Source: Flectonema sp. DT1601 (taxonomy: Eukaryota). Taken from it: DNA of 64,000 nucleotides. The DNA lies in NCBI GenBank assembly GCA_964019425.1, contig OZ025793.1, positions 806,001 to 870,000 on the forward strand, written 5' to 3'. Below are positions 42,142-53,229 of the stretch, piece after piece; the first letter of the stretch is position 1, and every line of letters begins with the position of its first letter. The position numbers and the translations under genes were made by a program. The notes beneath the pieces are model-generated. The model had not been told where the DNA came from, did not search any database, and was given only the letters and a program-made list of their open reading frames with translations.

Positions 42142-45100
42142 TTAAAACGCAACGAATTGTTTCAGCGGCAGAGCAGGCAACGATGCCACCGTACCAGCTC
42201 CAAAAGACGTCACAAGAGAAGTGATATGAGCAGTATGATGAATACCTCCATACGTTGGTAGGTTTTGAGTTGTTGTTTTTGAAGTTCCAGTAGCCTTTGG
42301 TTTAATTGGGGTTTCAGTAGCGGGCATCTTTGATCTGATTGGTGTCTTTACAGGTACCTTTACAGTAGCAGGTGAACTAAAACCAGAATCAGTAACTCTA
42401 CCTGGTGATATCTGTTTTGGTAAACTACTGACAGGACGAGGAGCATCCCCAAACAGAAAATCTAAATCAGAACCAATCCCAGGTGTGTTACTAACTTTTG
42501 GTGGAGGAGGAAGAGGTTTCACATTCGACTGTTGAATTGGACCTCCAAAGAAATCTTCCAACGCATCGAGACTTGCAGCTGAATCCTTCACATTCTGACT
42601 GACACTCGGAAGCTCTTCAAATGGCATTTCAGTTTTTACATCAACTTCGTCATCAGGTAGATCATTCCGCGCTGCAAAAAAGTTATTTCCCTCAGCACGT
42701 TGCATACCAAGTTGAGATGATCTAAAGTCGTCAAGGATCGATACTTCAGTTGTTGTTATGGAGGAATAATTTGGTACCAGACTTTGAAAAGAGGACGGGG
42801 ACGGAGTGTTTGTAACTGTTTGCTCTGAAGAAATCATATTCTTAAGTGTTTTAAATAAATCACGTCCCGTTTGATTATTAATAACATCATACAAAGAGTG
42901 AGGACTAGCTGACAGCTGATGTCCTGCACTTTGAGTTGAAAGTCCAGTCTTCTTCACGTCAGTCGTTGCTGCTGCCGAAGAGAAGTTTCCAAAATCGTTT
43001 TCCTGGGTAGTATCTGTTGTCACACCAACCGCGCTGTCTGGAGCTGCAGAAAAGTCACCAAAATCATTAGCATCGGACTTGTTCGTTTCATTCATTACAG
43101 CAGGTGTGGAGAAGTCACCGAAGTCGTCTTTCTTCACTTCGGCTGGTGCAGCAGAGAAGTCACCGAAGTCATCTTTCTTCACTTCAGCAGGTGCAGCAGA
43201 GAAGTCACCAAAGTCATCTTTCTTCACTTCAGCAGGTGCAGCAGAGAAGTCACCGAAGTCATCTTTCTTTACTTCGGCAGGTGCAGCAGAGAAGTCGCCG
43301 AAGTCATCTTTCTTTACTTCGACAGGTGCAGCAGAGAAGTCACCGAAGTCATCTTTCTTCACTTCAGCAGGTGCAGCAGAGAAGTCGCCGAAGTCATCTT
43401 TCTTCACTTCGACAGGTGCAGCAGAGAAGTCACCGAAGTCATCTTTCTTTACTTCGGCTGGTGCAGCAGAGAAGTCGCCAAAGTCATCTTTCTTCACTTC
43501 AGCAGGTGCAGCAGAGAAGTCACCGAAGTCATCGTTCTTCACTTCGGCTGGTGCAGCAGAGAAGTCACCGAAGTCATCTTTCTTTACTTCGGCAGGTGCA
43601 GCAGAGAAGTCACCGAAGTCATCTTTCTTCACTTCAGCAGGTGCAGCAGAGCAGTCGCCAAAGTCATCTTTCTTCACTTCGGCAGGTGCAGCAGAGAAGT
43701 CACCGAAGTCATCTTTCTTTACTTCGGCAGGTGCAGCAGAGAAGTCGCCGAAGTCATCTTTCTTTACTTCGACAGGTGCAGCAGAGAAGTCACCGAAGTC
43801 ATCTTTCTTCACTTCAGCAGGTGCAGCAGAGAAGTCGCCGAAGTCATCTTTCTTCACTTCGACAGGTGCAGCAGAGAAGTCACCGAAGTCATCTTTCTTT
43901 ACTTCGGCTGGTGCAGCAGAGAAGTCGCCAAAGTCATCTTTCTTCACTTCAGCAGGTGCAGCAGAGAAGTCACCGAAGTCATCGTTCTTCACTTCGGCTG
44001 GTGCAGCAGAGAAGTCACCGAAGTCATCTTTCTTTACTTCGGCAGGTGCAGCAGAGAAGTCACCGAAGTCATCTTTCTTCACTTCAGCAGGTGCAGCAGA
44101 GCAGTCGCCAAAGTCATCTTTCTTCACTTCGGCAGGTGCAGCAGAGAAGTCACCGAAGTCATCTTTCTTCACTTCAGCAGGTGCAGCAGAGAAGTCGCCA
44201 AAGTCATCTTTCTTCACTTCGGCAGGTGCAGCAGAGAAGTCACCGAAGTCATCTTTCTTCACTTCAGCAGGTGCAGCAGAGAAGTCACCGAAACCTTCAT
44301 CCGACTTACTGACAGAAGCTGCAGGCGCCGAAGGGAAGTTCCCAACGTCATTTGTATCGTTCAATTCTGTAGTGACTTCGCTCGTAACGACTGGTGCTGA
44401 AGGGAAGTCACCATTCGTAATATTATTATCATCAGTAGCTGTAGAGTTAACTACAACTGGAGAAGAGAACTCACTAAAGTCATCACTTTGTTTATAATTA
44501 ATTCCCTGATTGATATCTTCCTTCCCAACAGGAGGCAGATCGAAGTCATTCGACTGCTCCGCGTCGATGGGAACCGCCGCAGATGAGAAATCACCGAAAT
44601 CATCATCGCGATCTACTCCCTGCTGTGTAGCAGTAGACTCGAACACCACATCACCATTATCAGAAACTGAAAGAGGTGCTGGGGCTGATGAGAAATCACC
44701 GAAATCGTCCTCTCCAACTCTGCCATTGGCAACTTTCACAGGAATAGGAGAAGGACAAATATCATCAAAATCATCACATGGGGATGGTATACTTTCCTTT
44801 CTGTTGTTGTCAGTCGATGGCTCATCTCGCGACCTGTCAGCAGTTGGATGAGCAACTGGAACAAAAGCAGCCTGTGAGGTGACAATCACACTCGGTAACG
44901 GAACAGTCTCTGAACAGTTTGCGACTTCTGGAAGTGGAGGCGGAACAGATAATTGTTTTCTCGTCGGATTTTCTGCAAACGAAAGAGAAATCGATGGTTC
45001 GGATGCGAGTGACTGCGAGTAGACATCGTCGTCGTCTTTTGATGCCATTTTTGCGACTGACGCAATGACCGGATTACCAGAAGTTGGATACGAAGTAGTA

Positions 45101-46533
45101 ATTAGTGATGCTTCACTAACAGACATTGGAGAAACACTTGCAAGTCTTTCTCTATCATCACGACCTGATTCATTTACTGAATCATCAACTTCTGCTTCAG
45201 AGAAAGCAGCTGAGAACACACTACAGTCTTGAGGTGTATAATCTTGGGGTCCTATTCCAGAACTTGCCGCTTCTGCAATTACCGGAGACGCTGCGAAGTT
45301 TCCAAAGAATCCTGAACCTCCTCTTGATAAAGAAGACACAGCATCCTGTCCTGAAATTATTGATTCTGGTGGGTTTTTAGTTGCCCCTCCAGAGCTACTT
45401 GCTTCTGTCATAACTTCTCCACATGACGAGTCAAATGTCTTCATCGGAGTGAACTCATTGAAATCAAACACTTCTTGATCATTAACGTTTGTTGTTGTTG
45501 TTGTTGTTGTTGCTGCTGCTGTTGTCGGTGGTGTTGTTGTTGATGGTGTTGCTGATATCGCTGTTGTCGGAGATGTCGCTGTTGCCGATATTTGAGTACC
45601 TTCCGTCGTATCGTTTGGTAACGGAAAGTCACCAAAATCGTTCTCTGCGGATTGTGCATTCTTCTCACCGACAGTATCTCCTGGGGTTATCTTTAGTGAT
45701 GTTGTGAAGGTGTCTACTGTTGGCTGCACAATCGAAACTTTTGATTCCTCCATCACCTCACTACTCGGGGGTATTACTTCAGAGGATGGGGAGGATGAGA
45801 AGTCTCCGAAATGAACTTCTGCAGTTGCGTTTGCTGTTTGCTCATCGGGCTGTTTGATAAACAGTTGAGGATTGTCTTCAGATACTTCCCTCAGGTCAGA
45901 ATCTACCGTTTCTTTTTTACTTGAGTTCTCAGTCACAGTCGCTGACGGGATGATCATTTCTTCCTTCAAGTTGGTTGGGGATGATGAGAAGTCACCGAAG
46001 TCAGCGTCCAACTGCGCGGGTTCCGATCTCTCGTTCGCAATCTCCTCAACTTTTGTTGGAGCTGATGAAAAATCACCAAAAGAGTCATCGAGTTGATTAT
46101 CAGTTTTCGTTGAGAAGTCTCCAACTGATTGCTGATGTCCGTTGGGCTCACTTTGGATTGGTGTTGGTGCGGATGAGAAGTCACCGAAATCAGTTTGTGA
46201 CAAGTTTTCTTCTATTTTTGTTGGTGCGGATGAGAAGTCTCCGAAGTCGACGACGTCACTTGCGTGTGTGTCGTGTGTCGCTTGTGTGAGTTTAGTTGCT
46301 GAGGTCTCTTTATTATTAGTATTCGAGTTACTAACAGCGAGCATCGATCCGAAATCGGAATCCGAAATAGCGGCTGCAGTAGTTGCAGTTGGATTGCCAT
46401 TCTCAACAGATGAATAGAATTCATCGAATCCTCCCAACAGCTCTGATGCCGAGTTACTCTTTTCTCCTAGAGCGACAGGACTCGGCTTGTTGCGAGTATT
46501 CAGAAATTCTTCAAAATCATCGTCGCTGTCCAT
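42142..46533 (-). CDS. DFGDF-motif-rich disordered protein, 1463 aa (aftiphilin/synergin-like AP-1 accessory candidate)
   Basis: Acidic low-complexity ORF with dispersed and tandem (D)FGDF motifs, the established ligand of gamma-adaptin-ear domains. Confidence 0.8.
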   Translation of the reverse strand: MDSDDDFEEFLNTRNKPSPVALGEKSNSASELLGGFDEFYSSVENGNPTATTAAAISDSDFGSMLAVSNSNTNNKETSATKLTQATHDTHASDVVDFGDFSSAPTKIEENLSQTDFGDFSSAPTPIQSEPNGHQQSVGDFSTKTDNQLDDSFGDFSSAPTKVEEIANERSEPAQLDADFGDFSSSPTNLKEEMIIPSATVTENSSKKETVDSDLREVSEDNPQLFIKQPDEQTANATAEVHFGDFSSSPSSEVIPPSSEVMEESKVSIVQPTVDTFTTSLKITPGDTVGEKNAQSAENDFGDFPLPNDTTEGTQISATATSPTTAISATPSTTTPPTTAAATTTTTTTNVNDQEVFDFNEFTPMKTFDSSCGEVMTEASSSGGATKNPPESIISGQDAVSSLSRGGSGFFGNFAASPVIAEAASSGIGPQDYTPQDCSVFSAAFSEAEVDDSVNESGRDDRERLASVSPMSVSEASLITTSYPTSGNPVIASVAKMASKDDDDVYSQSLASEPSISLSFAENPTRKQLSVPPPLPEVANCSETVPLPSVIVTSQAAFVPVAHPTADRSRDEPSTDNNRKESIPSPCDDFDDICPSPIPVKVANGRVGEDDFGDFSSAPAPLSVSDNGDVVFESTATQQGVDRDDDFGDFSSAAVPIDAEQSNDFDLPPVGKEDINQGINYKQSDDFSEFSSPVVVNSTATDDNNITNGDFPSAPVVTSEVTTELNDTNDVGNFPSAPAASVSKSDEGFGDFSAAPAEVKKDDFGDFSAAPAEVKKDDFGDFSAAPAEVKKDDFGDFSAAPAEVKKDDFGDCSAAPAEVKKDDFGDFSAAPAEVKKDDFGDFSAAPAEVKNDDFGDFSAAPAEVKKDDFGDFSAAPAEVKKDDFGDFSAAPVEVKKDDFGDFSAAPAEVKKDDFGDFSAAPVEVKKDDFGDFSAAPAEVKKDDFGDFSAAPAEVKKDDFGDCSAAPAEVKKDDFGDFSAAPAEVKKDDFGDFSAAPAEVKNDDFGDFSAAPAEVKKDDFGDFSAAPAEVKKDDFGDFSAAPVEVKKDDFGDFSAAPAEVKKDDFGDFSAAPVEVKKDDFGDFSAAPAEVKKDDFGDFSAAPAEVKKDDFGDFSAAPAEVKKDDFGDFSAAPAEVKKDDFGDFSTPAVMNETNKSDANDFGDFSAAPDSAVGVTTDTTQENDFGNFSSAAATTDVKKTGLSTQSAGHQLSASPHSLYDVINNQTGRDLFKTLKNMISSEQTVTNTPSPSSFQSLVPNYSSITTTEVSILDDFRSSQLGMQRAEGNNFFAARNDLPDDEVDVKTEMPFEELPSVSQNVKDSAASLDALEDFFGGPIQQSNVKPLPPPPKVSNTPGIGSDLDFLFGDAPRPVSSLPKQISPGRVTDSGFSSPATVKVPVKTPIRSKMPATETPIKPKATGTSKTTTQNLPTYGGIHHTAHITSLVTSFGAGTVASLPALPLKQFVAF
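43110..44295 (-). repeat. Coding minisatellite, 45-bp unit (DDFGDFSAAPAEVKK), about 26-27 copies
   Basis: Directly visible. Variant units recur 450 bp apart, e.g. GCAGTCGCCA at 43651 and 44101. Confidence 0.97.
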
Positions 46534-47063
46534 CTAACGAAAGAAGAGGTACCTGTTTTTCAAAATGGATTTAAAATTACTTCACTGAATTCCCATTTTC
46601 TTTATTACCTTTTTATTATATAAAATATATTACACAAATTCAGATCATTATTATTATGCATACCTACCTTACAGAGAGATACAAAAACAAAACAGATGTG
46701 AAAAAAAATCGATTATTGCTTTTTTTTTTTTTTTTTTTTTTGAATTAATCACTGCAACATCACCACAGCGGAGTAATATCTCAGATATTTAAAGTATTCA
46801 TTCATTCTACATAGGCTGTAGTAAATAAATTGAAGATCTCAAAAAATCTCGACACATCTGCAATGAAGTATTGAATCACGTTGATAACGTTGTTTTCCAG
46901 ATAGAAATTGTTTTTTTTTTATACACACAAAGAAAACAACACAATTCTACAAAATAGCAGTGAGTACCGTATCTTACAAGACACTCATACCTCAACACCG
47001 TCAGGCTAGGATCGGTGGTAAAAAAGTAAATAAACAGAGTAGGGGAGTACTGGGATTTTGAGT

Positions 47064-47097
<34 letters not shown>

Positions 47098-47590
47098 GCA
47101 ATAACACGAAATAAAATCGAAGAATGCGATAACAAACTTTCTTCTACACGTCAAGGTCGGCAACAAAAAGAAATGACGACCACTCGTAGCTGACAGTTTT
47201 TTTTTATATATATTTTAGTGAATGGAACACAACAGAGAAAAAGCCACACTTCAGTGTCATCAAATGAAAGACTATACACAAACACGGAGTACAAATAACG
47301 AAAACATTTCCAACTGATAGCTAGAATAAGGATGAAAGATTAATGATTGGTAGTCAATTCTTTTTAAACCGACCGTATGATACCAACTGCACTCGTCAGG
47401 TGAATCTCTCCAAGAATGCGATTCAAATTATTCCCACAGAGTTGTGGCACTCAAACAGTTGGATAGTGAGAAGCCTCAAGTTCCATTCCGTTGTACTCCT
47501 AATTCGAAAAACTCTTTCCCCGATGTCATTGGTCCAGACATAAGCATCTTTAATTAGAAGACGCATTCGTGTTTACCTGATTTCCACAAC

Positions 47591-48398
47591 TTAACAACAG
47601 GACTTATTAGGTTGTGTTTTCTTTAGTGGCAGTGGAGGAGTGATTGGAGGAGGAGCACTCCCCCGAGAAGGTAATTTGTAGGCTAATTGTCTCGCAATAT
47701 GAGTGAACAGTTCCGTAACGTTTGTCGCGTCCTTGGCGGATGTTTCGATAATATGGAGGTCGTTATTTGCTGCGTACGCACGAGCTTCATCAATGGGTAC
47801 TCGTCTTCTGGCTGGTTCTTCTTCTACTAAATCCATTTTATTACCAGCGAGAACAACAACAAGATCTGGGTTCTCACATTCTCTACAAAGCTCCTTAACC
47901 CATTCTTGTGCTCTCTCAAAAGAATTATAATTTGTGACGTCGTATGCGACTACGGCTGCATTAGCTCCACGGTAATACATCTTAGCTAGAGACTGTTTTG
48001 TTTTGTTTGTTCTGTTTTACTTACTTACTTAAAAAAAAAAAGTTTTTTTTTTTACTCAAACAAAACATTAATCACATACTCTGAATAGCTCTTGACCTGC
48101 TGTATCCCACACTACTAAATTTATTTGACAATCTTCTAATTGGATTGTATGATGTAAGTAACAGGCACCTTGGGTTGCTTTTGATGATGCTACAAAGTCG
48201 TCGACGATGAGACGGTGAACCTGTTTAGTTGTTTTTTTTTTTTTTTTAAAGTAATTTTTATGGATAAAACGTATTTAAGAAAAAAAGAAGCATTCATACC
48301 AACGACGATTTTCCCACTCCCGTCTCTCCAAGCAGTACAATTTTAAATTTAGTATTCACGCCACTAATGGCACCACCCACAACCGGTCGATATTGCAT
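47591..48398 (-). CDS. Divergent Rab5-family GTPase, 213 aa, three exons (48398-48300, 48220-48080, 47992-47591)
   Basis: Spliced translation gives KIVLLGETGVGKSSL, WDTAGQELFRSLAKMYYRGA, GNKMD, ETSAK and a terminal CC. Introns of 79 and 87 nt run GTATG..AACAG. Confidence 0.92.
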
Positions 48399-48726
48399 AG
48401 TTATAACGCCCACGTTACTTGTCTCTGTTGTTAATAAAAAAGAAAATCTAATTAATTTTAATAAACATAAAATGAATCAAAAACAGCACATCACACAAAA
48501 TTTTTTTCTAACGCGCAGTTACATGGAATGGAGAGAAGCGTGTACAGGTTTGAACTATTTTTATAGCAAACACTACACGCAAGTTAGTACACGAGGTTCA
48601 TTGTAAAAAAAAATATACTTTAAAAAAAAAAAAAAAAAAAAAAGATAATATTATGATAATTAGTAGGAATTACCATAAGACTGGCTGAGAAATTACATTC
48701 AAAAAAGTGTAACAACGACATTCAAA

Positions 48727-49152
48727 CTAATCAGTCCAAAGTTTTTCATTTTTATTCAAACCAATAGCTTCACCATCAGCTATAAGTTTATTAGTTTCCG
48801 TATTGTGAATAGTAGTGTCCATTATTATTATTTTAGAACCGGGTTTTAACTTCGTCACACGAACAGTTGCAACAAGAGTGTCATTCAAGTATGCAGGTGA
48901 ACGAAACTTTATAGACTGAGAGAGATAAATTGACCCTTCACCTGGTAAGTCTGTTCCCATAATTCCAGAAAACAGAGAAGAGGTCATCATTCCAGGTAAG
49001 ATCGGATTATTTCCTTCCAAGTGAATAGAGTTATTATCGTCAGCTACGTTCAACCATGACTTCACTTCTTCTAAAGTAAATTTTTTCGTAACTGTTGAAA
49101 AATCTCCAATTTCAAGCTTCCCACGAAGTAGTGATAGAGACCTTCTGAACAT
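48727..49152 (-). CDS. MaoC/hot-dog-fold (R)-hydratase/dehydratase, probably mitochondrial
   Basis: MFRRSLSLL presequence-like start, plus DDNNSIH, LPGEGSIYLSQSIKFRSP and DTLVATVRV. Confidence 0.88.
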   Translation of the reverse strand: MFRRSLSLLRGKLEIGDFSTVTKKFTLEEVKSWLNVADDNNSIHLEGNNPILPGMMTSSLFSGIMGTDLPGEGSIYLSQSIKFRSPAYLNDTLVATVRVTKLKPGSKIIIMDTTIHNTETNKLIADGEAIGLNKNEKLWTD

Positions 49153-49263
49153 GTTTGCTGTCTGTTTTCTGTGATTGGTAAATCTAAGATAAAAACAAAA
49201 AAAAATTCAGTTTTTTTTTTCAACATCTAAAGCAATACCTTGAGTAACAGATTCGCGTGCACT

Positions 49264-49680
49264 CTATGATGGTTTTAAGGAAGACATGTTTCTCAAAACT
49301 TTAAAATCTAAATTAGAATAATCATCAAGTGGTATAAAGGTTCCAACATACGATGTGTCCGCTTCGAACACGGCGTCAATCGGATAATCGGTGTCTTCTC
49401 TTCCTCTAATAGCAGCAGTATAGACACGATCACGAACTAAAACACCACTTTGTGAATGCGTAGGATCCCATGGTATTTCATTAGAATATGTTACCACATC
49501 CATTGTTAATAACGGAACGTATTTATATCCAAAGACATCGGCAGCACTTTCCCACCATGGTCCCGGTCTGCTAAAATCAACCCTTCCTCTGTACATAGCC
49601 CTCTTGTATGATTTTTGACTAAAGAAAGCTAAACTCGTAATCGCTCCCGCACATGAGATTCCAGCTGCGAGGGATCGCAT
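49264..49680 (-). CDS. Hypothetical protein, 138 aa
   Basis: ATG-initiated ORF on the cluster strand with a hydrophobic N-terminus and normal composition. Confidence 0.65.
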   Translation of the reverse strand: MRSLAAGISCAGAITSLAFFSQKSYKRAMYRGRVDFSRPGPWWESAADVFGYKYVPLLTMDVVTYSNEIPWDPTHSQSGVLVRDRVYTAAIRGREDTDYPIDAVFEADTSYVGTFIPLDDYSNLDFKVLRNMSSLKPS

Positions 49681-50068
49681 GTTTATTTTAAATTTATTTT
49701 ATTTTATTTCTGTTTTTTTTTTTGCAATGGTAAAAAAAACATTTTTATAATAAAAAAAAAAAAAATTAAACTTGTAAAGGGACGCACACCAGCTGCTTTT
49801 TTTAACTTTTGGAGAAGGAAAAAAAAAAAAAATTTTTTTTATAAACCTGAAAAAATTGAGATACTAAAATCAGAAACAAAAAAAATAAAACAAAGCATCA
49901 AGACTAATAATAGTTACTAAGTAGGAATACCGCCTTTCGGTTTAATTAGAATCGGAATCGGTATTCCCCCCCTCTCAAACTTAGATGCCATCGGTAAATC
50001 ATTCACACTACGTACCAACAAGGCATGGCAAGTTACTCAAATTTACACTTCCATCCGCATTATTATTT

Positions 50069-51707
50069 TTACTGGCATTCATTTCCTGTGGAGCATCGCA
50101 TGCCTCCGATATCATCGGGTTCGAGAAAATCAGTTTTTCGTTGTCTGTTTTTATTGAGTTGTACTTTTAAAGGGGAATAGGTACGACAATATAGTGTAAA
50201 AACATACTTATTATGAATAGAACAAATAGTCGTAGAGCTCGGTACCTTACACTCGTCTGACGGGAGGCAAACCATTCGACCGCTTGCATCACGGTGAAGA
50301 GCTGCTTGGTGTCTCTTTTTCTTGTGAATAAAACAAAATCCTTGTCTACTCGCACCAGCTTGCCTAGGTCCTAAGATCTGTTGAAGGATATTGTTATTTA
50401 AACCAATACCTCCTAAGTTTCCTGCCATTCCCATCGTGTTGTTATTTTGAGAATAAGGAGAATAACGATTTCCTACTAAGGCGTCAAGCACCATACGAGT
50501 AGCGCTGTTATTGCTATTGTTGAAATCAGCACCCTGCTTACACCTTGCCTCAGGTAGACATTCCCATCTAGGTCCTGATATAGTCATCACCTGGTACAGT
50601 TGTGCGGCACCTCTTTGTTTACCATGAGCATGACATATTTCAGGTCCTTCAGGATGTATGATTGTGTGACCCGCCGCTGCCAAATCCTGCGATGAGAATC
50701 CCGGCTGTTGCCTCACTCCCTTACAAGGAGTGATACTTTTACATCTGTTTTTGTTTTGTTTTTTTTTGAGAGAGGTGCTTTTAATATCACACAATAACAT
50801 TATATTAAGGAGGGGTAATATGACACCGATTTGCAGAATCGGAATGAAGGCGTGTACTGGGATGTACAAAAGAGGGAGGACGGGGCGTTTCAGAGGTTGC
50901 TCTGGACGTTCTTGCAACCCACTTCCCTTATCACTGGCCCGAAGACGTACCCTGCTGGGGAACATACACCTCCAACACAACTGAGAGTGTAAACGCGATT
51001 TTTCGCGAAACGCGACAGGACAGTCTCTTGTCGGTCAAAGACAACGCGGTGCTGGACTACCGACACCTTTGCGAAGCGAAGGTGTCTACATGAGGAAGTC
51101 GAGGGAGACAGACAGTGGAGAAGATTGTGCGGAAGAATGCCACAGAGGCATCTTCTTCAACTATCACCCTGTTGTCGGAGAATGTTTGGGAGGTGCGTAG
51201 GACCCGAACGAGCGTAGTGCGATTGGAGGAGGGGCTTGTTGTTTGTGAGTGATCTCAATATCGGAGATTCAATCTACCATGCACCCATATTATCAAAGTG
51301 ATGTTATCAAAGTGATGATACATCAGGGTCACAGTATTCTAACTCATTTCACTGCCTTGCCAGCCTTTGCTATGATGGATAACTTTCGCCAATTTTACTC
51401 CGCTACCGTACCGCATTCTTAATCTCAAAAGGAACAACAATTCCTCCGACAATCTTAGCTGTCAGCGGCAGCGTAGTAAATGACTGCAAATAAATAAATA
51501 ATATCACTGGAGGCCATAGTTGAGCACCACGTGCCTATATTACCGTAACAGCTTTTTATATTAAGGGTAACTTGATACTATGATTAACTATAAGGGAGGT
51601 GAACAAAAGTGTATACGAAGTAATTCATACCTATATTCTCCAGTAGGTGTTTCTTCTAAGTTCGCCATGGTTCTGTTCTTGCCGTGCACACAACATGTGG
51701 CCGACAT
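50069..51707 (-). CDS. Four-repeat C-x2-H-x18-C-x5-C putative zinc-finger protein, paralogue 1, 229 aa (exons 51707-51631, 50744-50208, 50144-50069)
   Basis: Splicing two GTATG..AACAG introns (886 and 63 nt) restores the 18-residue spacing in repeats 1 and 4. It also gives an N-terminus homologous to paralogue 2 (RTMANLE). Confidence 0.85.
50840..51310 (+). pseudogene. Mutator/MULE transposase relic inside intron 1
   Basis: The plus frame from 50941 reads WGTYTSNTTESVNAIFR and later the SWIM-like VCE*SQYRRFNLPCTHIIKV, with in-frame stops. Boundaries are approximate. Confidence 0.75.
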
Positions 51708-52397
51708 TTTGTTTTTTATATATAAAAAAAAATTTACTGAAGTGAAGAGAATATAGGCTAGAGGAGTACTTTAAAAAAAAAAAAAAAAAAAAAATGACGT
51801 TTATGAACTATGAGCTGCATAGAGGGGGTAAAGTGAACATTAAGAAGTAATCAACTGTTTTTAATTCTTTAAAAACACTGAGTGGCTAAGCGTAAAGACT
51901 AACTGGTTTTTAAACAGCGCCAGTGATCCCTCAAACTCTCTGGCGAACATTATGAAGTGTACACAAATAGCACTATTGGCGGATAGTTAAAATTTAAAAC
52001 AAAAAAATTCCTCAAATAAAACTGAAAAATCTGGTTTAGATCCGCCCGAACGTCTCGTAGTGTACAAATTGCATTTATCGGTGGGTTGACTCGTTATGTT
52101 TATATTTTATTTTTATTGTTTTCTTTCTGTTAGTTTGTTATCGCTTCTTTTATTATATTTCTTTTTTTTTTTTCTTTTGTTACCTCCGAATTTTAACGCG
52201 ACAAGAGACTCAGAAACTCGCTGTTTCACACAAAATCTCCTCCTCTCACTCACTGTCAGTTATGTGGCCATTACATGTCCCACCCTGATCATTCTGCCTT
52301 ATGTCTTCAACACAATTAGCTGAACGGTGCTAACGTAAGGTCAGCAAAGGTAAGACTGACACATTCAATGAAAAGAAGTCACAAATATAAAAACAAC

Positions 52398-53229
52398 TTA
52401 ACTCTTACATTGGTAGTTAGGTCCACATACAAGTAGGCCATTAGGACCAGCCACGAGGTAGGATATTTTACGGGTTCTGTTTATTATTGTTATTTTAGTT
52501 TATTTGTATTAAATAACGATAGTTGTCAAAAACATACTTATTGTGAGTAATACAAGTACCGAGCTCTGCTGCATTAGGTGCTGTACTCTTACACTGCGCA
52601 GATATAGTGCAGCGATAGGTTCCGTTGGGAAGCATTTCGAGAGCAGCAGCACTTCTTTTCTTCTGATGAACGATACAGAACAATTCTCTAGGGACGTTAA
52701 GTGGGACGCTGCCTGGACGTGCTGGTTGACCTGGCACGCGGTTTGGTTGTGGTCTAGGAGCAGTAGGCTGTTGAGCATAATTCTGTCGTGAAGCAGGATT
52801 ATAAGGAGAGTAACGAGTGCTGTAAGCGTCATGTGGATTCTGTCTCGCTTGGATATGACGAGGTGGTAGAGAAGCTGATCCCCCAACAGGAGCCCCCGCT
52901 AACCAGCATCTTGATTCCGGTAGACATTCCCACTGAGCACCTCTTGGAGTCATTACTTGACATAATTCATGTGGTTGTCTCATAGTTCCATGTGCGTGAC
53001 ATGCTTCATCTTTATCTGGATGAATTATAACTAAACCTTGAGCCTTCATTTCCGCTGTGCTGAGTCCTGTTTCTCTTCTGTTCTGACCCCACTGCTGACC
53101 AGCATTGTGTCCTGAAACCTTGCACTCTGAATCACTTCTACAAACATACCCACCATCTTCTCCCATCTCCAAGTTAGCCATCGTGCGTGACCGGTTGTGG
53201 GTCACACAGGTGGCCATTTGATCCGCCAT
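52398..53229 (-). CDS. Four-repeat putative zinc-finger protein, paralogue 2, 256 aa (exons 53229-52538, 52476-52398)
   Basis: A 61-nt GTATGT..AAACAG intron sits at the same codon as in paralogue 1. The spliced end reads CITHNKTRKISYLVAGPNGLLVCGPNYQCKS. Confidence 0.88.

Noticed and set aside
43079..44497. 472-aa and 402-aa plus-strand repeat ORFs; CRISPR-like appearance of the array
   Set aside because: Antisense readings of a stop-free 45-bp coding minisatellite. There are no unique spacers and no cas genes.
50745..50980. N-terminus of the 303-aa ORF in the track (MCWRCMFPS...)
   Set aside because: Intron read-through from a non-ATG start. The real first exon appears to be 51707-51631.
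50814..51544. GGTAATAT..ATATTACC as TIRs of the intronic element
   Set aside because: Short, imperfect and without a target duplication, so not enough to define ends.
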